Below, in pieces: positions 58,491-64,000 of a stretch of DNA of 64,000 bases. Under the pieces are notes generated by a model that was given only the letters and a program-made list of their open reading frames with translations, was not told where the DNA came from and did no database searches. A program made the translations under genes and the position numbers. This DNA is from an uncultured Candidatus Rokubacteria bacterium (GTDB lineage Bacteria; Methylomirabilota; Methylomirabilia; Rokubacteriales; DASRDR01): positions 1 through 64,000 of the forward strand of contig CAWDVE010000004.1 of the NCBI GenBank assembly GCA_963805625.1, written 5' to 3'. Within the stretch, counting starts at the first letter, position 1, and each line of letters opens with the position of its first letter.

Positions 58491-59629
58491 CCGCGCTCGA
58501 GATCGGGGTGGGGCTCCTCGGCCCGGCGGGGATCGGGCAGGCGCATGCCCACGCCTACACGCTGGTACGACAGGTTCTGTGGCCGCCGGCGGCAGTACCC
58601 CGGCTCGTCCGGGTGTGCGGACGGCAGACGACCAAGGCGGAGGTCACGCGCGCCCGGTACGGGTTCGAGCGTGCGGGCGATCGCTGGCAGGACCTGGTGA
58701 GCGATCCCGCGGTCCAGGCCTTCGACAACTGCGCCCCCAACCACCTTCATCTCGAGCCGTGCCTGGCGGCGATCCGGGCGGGCAAACACGTCTTCTGTGA
58801 GAAACCCCTCGGGCGCTCGGCGGCAGAGGCACGGGTTCTCCGAGACGCGGCCGCCCAGGCGGGGATCATTCACATGGTCGGTTTCAACTACCGCTTCCTG
58901 CCCGCCGTGGCGCTCGTGCGCCGCCTGGTCGACGAGGGCCGGCTCGGACGGATCCATCACTTCCGCGCTCGCTTCGCGGACGCCTCGTTCCTGGATCCCG
59001 ACGCGCCATTCACGTGGCACCAGGATGCGACGGCCGCCGGCTCGAACGCGCTCCTCGACCTCGGCAGCCACCTCATCGACCTCGCGCGCTACCTCGTGGG
59101 CGAGCTTTCGGCGGTCAGCGGTACGGTCGCGACGTTCGTGGCCGACCGGCCGGACCCGGCCACCGGCCGGCACCGACGGGTCGAGACGGAGGACGCCTTC
59201 GAGGCGACTGTCGAGTTCGCGAACGGTGCGCTCGGGAGCGTCTCAGGCACGAACATGGCGGCCGGTCGGCGGGCGCACATGACCTTCGAGCTCAACGGCT
59301 CCGGTGGCACGGTGGCCTACGACCTCGAACGGCTCAACTGCCTGTGGATCCACCTCCTCGGGGAGCGCCCGACAGGCGGCGGGCTTCGCGAGATCCACGT
59401 GACGGACGCGGACCACCCGTACGGGGGCGTCTGGTGGCCGCCCGGTCACTCGATCGGCTGGGAGGCCTCGCTGGTCCACGAGCTGGGGCATTTCCTCGGC
59501 GCCATCGCCGCCCGCCGGTCCGCCGGGCCACTCGGGGCGACGTTCGAAGACGGCTACCGCTGCGCGGTCGTGTGTGACGCGATCATGGAGGCGGCCCGCT
59601 CCGGCGGGCGAGTCCAGGTGAGCGATTGA
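58487..59629 (+). CDS. Gfo/Idh/MocA family oxidoreductase
   Basis: GTGA overlap; GKHVFCEKP, VGFNYRF, DLGSHLID and WWPPGHSIGWE. Confidence 0.92.
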   Translation: MTALEIGVGLLGPAGIGQAHAHAYTLVRQVLWPPAAVPRLVRVCGRQTTKAEVTRARYGFERAGDRWQDLVSDPAVQAFDNCAPNHLHLEPCLAAIRAGKHVFCEKPLGRSAAEARVLRDAAAQAGIIHMVGFNYRFLPAVALVRRLVDEGRLGRIHHFRARFADASFLDPDAPFTWHQDATAAGSNALLDLGSHLIDLARYLVGELSAVSGTVATFVADRPDPATGRHRRVETEDAFEATVEFANGALGSVSGTNMAAGRRAHMTFELNGSGGTVAYDLERLNCLWIHLLGERPTGGGLREIHVTDADHPYGGVWWPPGHSIGWEASLVHELGHFLGAIAARRSAGPLGATFEDGYRCAVVCDAIMEAARSGGRVQVSD

Positions 59630-59911
59630 GGGCCGACCGGGCGAGCGTGGTGGACTGCTGAGCGGCGGTCTCGCGGTTCCCGCGAGGGCTTGGGGTCCGG
59701 CCCGGACTGACAGACCGCCAGACTGAATGAGGGCGGGCCCGCGGCTGAATTGTTACGCTTCTGCTACGATTGCACGCCGCCGCTGCTCCCGGTGGAAGAC
59801 ACGAGCAGTTACGGAGGCGCAGCGGGTCCGTCGGGACCTGAACTTCCGGCGAGCGGCGGAGAATGTCCGAGGTGGTGGCGCGGTGAGCGACGTCAACGAG
59901 GAGGCGGGAAG

Positions 59912-60934
59912 ATGAGACGCACATTCCAGATGCTCGGCGTCCTGGCTCTCGGTCTTTGGTCCATGTGGCCGCTGTCGGCGGCGGCCCAGGCGCGTGTGAA
60001 CATCCTCTGTAGCCCCGATCCGGCCTGGTGCGAGGCGGTCAAGCAATCGTTTGGCAAGGCGACGGGCATCCAGACCGAGTTCGTGCGTTTGAGCTCCGGT
60101 GCCGCACTTGCCCGCCTCCGGGCCGAGAAGGACGCGCCCACGTTCGACGTCTGGTTCGGTGGCAGCGGCGACTCGCAGTGGGTGGCGCAGGCCGACGGTT
60201 TGACGGAGTTCTTCAGACCGAAGGCGTGGGGTGAGCTCAGGCCTCAGCTGACGAAGGCGGTGGACGGGCATTACATCCCGCTCTACACGGGACTCCACGG
60301 TCTCGGGGTCAACGAGAAGCTCCTCAAGGAGAAGAGCCTGCCGGTTCCGGAGACGTGGAAGGACCTCGGCGACCCGAAGTACAAGGGACTCGTCGCCATG
60401 CCCAATCCCAACACCTCGGGCACCGGCTACCTCCTGATGACCACCCTCGTCCAGATCTACGGCGATGATGCGGGCTTCGAGCTCCTGAAGGCCATCCACC
60501 GGAACGTCGCCCAGTACACGCGGAGCGGTGGCGACCCGAGCCTGCTCGCCGGACGAGGAGAGGTCGCCATCGGTGTCTCGTTCGCCAACGACGTCGTGGA
60601 GCGCGTCCGCAAGGGCTTCCCCATCCGGTTCGTGGCGCCGAAGGACGGCATCGGCTACGAGATCGGGGCCCTGGCGCTCGTCAAGGGCGCCCAGAACCGC
60701 GAGAGCGCGCTCCGGCTGATCGACTGGGCGCTCGATCCCCAGAACCAAACGCTGGGTCCGCAGAACGGCGAAGTCTCCATGCAGTCGAACTCGCGGACTC
60801 CGATCGACCCCGACGTGCCGCGGTTCGAGGATGTCAAGGTGATCGCGTACGACTTCGGGAAGTACGGGACGCCCGCGGTTCGCGACGGGCTGATCAAGCG
60901 GTGGACCGAGCAAGTGTTCCCGCTCCCGCGCTGA
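59912..60934 (+). CDS. AfuA/FbpA-family ABC substrate-binding protein (paralogue of 48148)
   Basis: GAGGAGG RBS and signal peptide; ILCS...WC, LSSG, DVWFGGSGD, PNTSGT, QYTRSG and GYEIG. Confidence 0.85.
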   Translation: MRRTFQMLGVLALGLWSMWPLSAAAQARVNILCSPDPAWCEAVKQSFGKATGIQTEFVRLSSGAALARLRAEKDAPTFDVWFGGSGDSQWVAQADGLTEFFRPKAWGELRPQLTKAVDGHYIPLYTGLHGLGVNEKLLKEKSLPVPETWKDLGDPKYKGLVAMPNPNTSGTGYLLMTTLVQIYGDDAGFELLKAIHRNVAQYTRSGGDPSLLAGRGEVAIGVSFANDVVERVRKGFPIRFVAPKDGIGYEIGALALVKGAQNRESALRLIDWALDPQNQTLGPQNGEVSMQSNSRTPIDPDVPRFEDVKVIAYDFGKYGTPAVRDGLIKRWTEQVFPLPR

Positions 60935-60943
60935 TCCCCGGCG

Positions 60944-63127
60944 TTGACGCGTAACGCCGGAGCCATCTGGGGAGCCGTCGGGCTCCTGGGCTTCGCGCTT
61001 GGTTCGTGGACGCGCGGCTCCGTGCGGGCCGGGCCCGCCGCCACGGGACTGACTCTCGTCTTGCGCGAGGGGGTTCCCGGGGGCGGGCTCCTGCTCGTGG
61101 GCCTCGCACTCCTGGTCGCCACCGGCCTTGCTTTGGCGGGCGGCGGCCAGATGATCGGTCGCGTCCTGGCGGGCGTCGCTGGGGTCGGGGTGCTGGTGGC
61201 GCTCGTCGGGCTCGCGCGAGCCCCGGCGCCGGCCGGGTGGGGTGCTCTCGGGACGACGGCGTCCCTCCTCAATCTCACCGGCATCGGGCTCGCGAGAGGC
61301 CGGCTGGTGCGTGGAGGCGGGTTCGTCGGCGGGGCGATCCTCTGGGTGGCGCTCCTGGTGGCGGTCTTCATCGTGTACCCCGTCGTTGCGATGCTTCACG
61401 CCAGCGTGACGTCCGACGGCGCCCTGACGGCGGGCTATCTGCTCCGGACGCTCCGGTCGCCGGTCTTCCTTCTCTTGTCCCACGAGACGCTGCCGCGGCC
61501 GGCGGCGGTCGCGGGCCTTGCCGCCGCCGGCCTCGGCGGACTTCTCGGCATCGTGTGGGGTGCGGTGACGCGCCAGCCGGTCCGCCGGGTCGCCTGCCTC
61601 GCGCTCACGTTGGCCGGGGTCGGGGCGGCGGTGGGGTTCCTTCACGGAGCGCGGGGGGCGCTGCGGAACAGCCTGCTTCTCGCGGCGGCCGTCGGGCTCG
61701 CGACGACGGGCCTCGGGCTCGCCTTCGCGCTCCTCGACGCCAGGAGCCGACTCTGGACGCGCCGGTTGCTCGGCCCGCTCTCCCTGGTGCCGATCATCAC
61801 GCCAGCCTTCGTGCTGGGCCTGGCCTTCATCTACCTGTTCGGGCGGCGCGGGTCCATCACCCACGGCGTCTTCGGCCTCGACACCGGCGTGTTCTTCGGC
61901 CCGCTCGGGGTCGGTATCGCGCAGGTCATGGCCTTCACGCCCATCGCCTTTCTGGTGCTCTCGGGCGTCGTGCGCTCGCTCGACGTCGCCCTCGAGGAGG
62001 CGGCCCAGACGCTCCGGGCGACGCCCTGGATCCTCCTGCGGACCGTGACGGGCCCATTGCTCGTGCCAGGCCTCGCGAACGCGATGCTGCTGGTGATGAT
62101 CGAGAGCCTCGCCGACTTCGGGAACCCGATCCTCCTGGGCGGCGGGACGCCGTTCCTCGCGACCGAGGTGTTCCTTGCCATCGAGGGACGGTTCGATCCA
62201 CACGAGGCGGCGGTGTACGGCGTCGTTCTGCTTGCCCTGGCGCTCGCCCTTTTTCTCGTCCAGCGCCGCTGGCTGGCGGGCGTGTCCGTCGTGACCGTCA
62301 CCGGTCGGCCCTCGGGCGGCCGGCCCGTGCCGCTTCCGCCGGTCGCCGACTGGTCTCTCACCGGCCTGTTCGTCGCCTACGCTGCGCTGAGCGTGCTTCT
62401 GTACGGCTCGCTCTTCCTCGGTGGATTCGTCCGCGTCTGGGGCATCGACCACCGGTTCACGACGATGCACTACCGGGACATGGTGACCGCGGGCTTGCCC
62501 GTTCTCCTCGACACGGCCCGCCTGGCCGCCATCGCGGCGGTGCCTGCCGCCTTGCTGGGCTTCCTGATCGCGTACCTGACTACGCGCCACCGCTTCTTCG
62601 GGCGTGGGGCGCTGGAGTTCTGCGCGCTCCTGTCGTATGCCCTGCCGGGCACGGTCATGGGCGTCGGCTACATCCTCGCTTTCAACCAGGGAGGCTTCAA
62701 GCTCACGGGCACGGGGGCAATCCTCGTCGCCGCCTTCGTGTTCCGCGGGATGCCCGTCGGTGTGCGAAGCGGCATGGCCGCGCTCGCCCAGGTGGATCCC
62801 GTGCTGGAGGAGGCGTCGGCCTTGCTCCGGGCCAACGTCCCTGCCACACTGCGGCGCGTCGTGCTCCCCCTAGTTCTTCCCGCGCTCCTGACCGGATTCA
62901 TCTACTGCTTCGTGCGGGCGGTGACGGCGGTGAGCCAGGTGATCTTCCTCGTGTCGCCGGGCCACGACCTCGCCACCGTCCTGCTGCTCTCCTGGGCGGA
63001 GTACGGCCACCTCGGACGGGGAGCGGCGCTCGCCTCCGTGCTCGTCCTGTTCCTCGCGGCCGTGGTGCTCCCTGTGGAACGATTCGGCCGGCGCGGGCGG
63101 CGACCGGACCCGTCGGCCGCCATCTGA
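60944..63127 (+). CDS. AfuB/FbpB-family fused ABC permease
   Basis: PIITPAFV, LEEAAQTL, ESLADFGNP, YALPGTV and LEEASALL. Confidence 0.9.
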   Translation: MTRNAGAIWGAVGLLGFALGSWTRGSVRAGPAATGLTLVLREGVPGGGLLLVGLALLVATGLALAGGGQMIGRVLAGVAGVGVLVALVGLARAPAPAGWGALGTTASLLNLTGIGLARGRLVRGGGFVGGAILWVALLVAVFIVYPVVAMLHASVTSDGALTAGYLLRTLRSPVFLLLSHETLPRPAAVAGLAAAGLGGLLGIVWGAVTRQPVRRVACLALTLAGVGAAVGFLHGARGALRNSLLLAAAVGLATTGLGLAFALLDARSRLWTRRLLGPLSLVPIITPAFVLGLAFIYLFGRRGSITHGVFGLDTGVFFGPLGVGIAQVMAFTPIAFLVLSGVVRSLDVALEEAAQTLRATPWILLRTVTGPLLVPGLANAMLLVMIESLADFGNPILLGGGTPFLATEVFLAIEGRFDPHEAAVYGVVLLALALALFLVQRRWLAGVSVVTVTGRPSGGRPVPLPPVADWSLTGLFVAYAALSVLLYGSLFLGGFVRVWGIDHRFTTMHYRDMVTAGLPVLLDTARLAAIAAVPAALLGFLIAYLTTRHRFFGRGALEFCALLSYALPGTVMGVGYILAFNQGGFKLTGTGAILVAAFVFRGMPVGVRSGMAALAQVDPVLEEASALLRANVPATLRRVVLPLVLPALLTGFIYCFVRAVTAVSQVIFLVSPGHDLATVLLLSWAEYGHLGRGAALASVLVLFLAAVVLPVERFGRRGRRPDPSAAI

Positions 63128-63160
63128 CCGTCGAGCTCGAGCTCGTCGACTGGAGGACGC

Positions 63161-64000
63161 ATGTTCCGGATTCGCATCGGCGTCGTGGGGTGTGGGCTGA
63201 TCGGCCAGATGATGCACCTGCCGCACCTCAAAGAGCTGCACGAGCTCTACGAGGTCGTGGCACTCTGTGATGTCTCACCGGGCACCCTGAAGTACGTGGG
63301 GGACTACTATGGGATTGCCCGGCGCCACACGGACCATCGCGAGCTTCTCAAGGAGAAGATCGACGCCGTCATCGTGCTGAGCGCCGACTCCCACGGCCAG
63401 GTCATCGTCGACGCGCTCAGGGCGAGGAAGCACGTGGTGACCGAGAAGCCCATGTGCTTCGCCATGAGCGAGGCCGACGAGATCCTCGCCGCCCATCGGG
63501 CGGCAGGCACGGTGTGCATGGTCACCTACATGAAGCGCTATGACCCCGCCTATCGGTACGTCGAGCCGCTCGTCCGCGGGCTACGCGACCTCCAGGCCAT
63601 CGAGATCACGGTGCTCCATCCCTCCGAGGCGAACCAGATCGGGCACCACGACATCCGGCGCTTTCCCGACGTCCCGGCCCCGCTGCGCAACCGTCTCCGG
63701 GCGGATCAGGACCGGCTCATCCGGGAGGCCATCGGCGACTTTACGCCCCTCGAGCGGCGTGTCTTCGCGGAGAACCTCATGTCCACCCTCGTCCACGACG
63801 TCAACGTGCTGCGAGGGCTCTCCGGCGATCCCGCCGAGGTGCTGTTCACGGACGTGTGGGCGGGCGGGGAGAGCATGCTGACCGTGCTCCGCTACGCGTC
63901 GGGAGTCCGCGCTACCATCGCGCTGCACTACCTGCCGGATCTGGCCAACTACCAGGAGACGGTCGCATACTACGCGAAGGCGGACCGGGTGCGGCTCGTC
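63161..64000 (+). CDS. Gfo/Idh/MocA family oxidoreductase (3'-truncated by window edge)
   Basis: GGAGG RBS; MFRIRIGVVGCGLIGQMMHLP, KHVVTEKP and YMKRYDP. Not in the ORF track because there is no stop in the window. Confidence 0.9.
   Translation, partial: MFRIRIGVVGCGLIGQMMHLPHLKELHELYEVVALCDVSPGTLKYVGDYYGIARRHTDHRELLKEKIDAVIVLSADSHGQVIVDALRARKHVVTEKPMCFAMSEADEILAAHRAAGTVCMVTYMKRYDPAYRYVEPLVRGLRDLQAIEITVLHPSEANQIGHHDIRRFPDVPAPLRNRLRADQDRLIREAIGDFTPLERRVFAENLMSTLVHDVNVLRGLSGDPAEVLFTDVWAGGESMLTVLRYASGVRATIALHYLPDLANYQETVAYYAKADRVRLV

Noticed and set aside
1-64000. tRNA, rRNA, CRISPR, prophage, transposase or defence-system genes
   Set aside because: No such signatures were seen on either strand by inspection. 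tRNAscan, Infernal and DefenseFinder were not run.

Overview
High-GC bacterial chromosomal window with about 58 genes. I see no rRNA, tRNA, CRISPR array or transposase. The dense ABC transporters, Tat-exported binding proteins and gene style resemble Rokubacteria/Methylomirabilota-type soil genomes, but this is an inference. Layout: (1-22.8 kb) organic-acid catabolism and uptake: acyl-CoA synthetases, FprA-like reductase, sugar ABC, two Liv-type ABC systems, PaaK-like ligase, cysteine hydrolase. (22.9-36.6 kb) A co-oriented lipid biosynthesis locus: papain-like lipoprotein, LpxL-like acyltransferase, two KS/CLF-like pairs plus ACP, GT2, FtsX/LolD-type exporter, CDP-alcohol phosphotransferase, HpnL-like flippase domain and radical SAM HpnJ. 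This is the best candidate for an undescribed system. (36.6-43.7 kb) An atypical sigma54 signalling module next to nucleotide-sugar enzymes. (43.7-64 kb) HAD phosphatase, Ugp-like and two AfuABC-like transporters, CoA-transferase III, iolE/iolD, and a divergent DegT aminotransferase/Gfo-Idh-MocA operon suggesting aminocyclitol or inositol(-phosphate) catabolism. Five genes look internally deleted or reduced to remnants (methyltransferase, CoA-transferase A/B, 3-hydroxyacyl-CoA dehydrogenase, TPR, LacI). A 27-bp inverted-repeat element lies at 52.6 kb. All family calls come from motif recognition by eye, not database searches.
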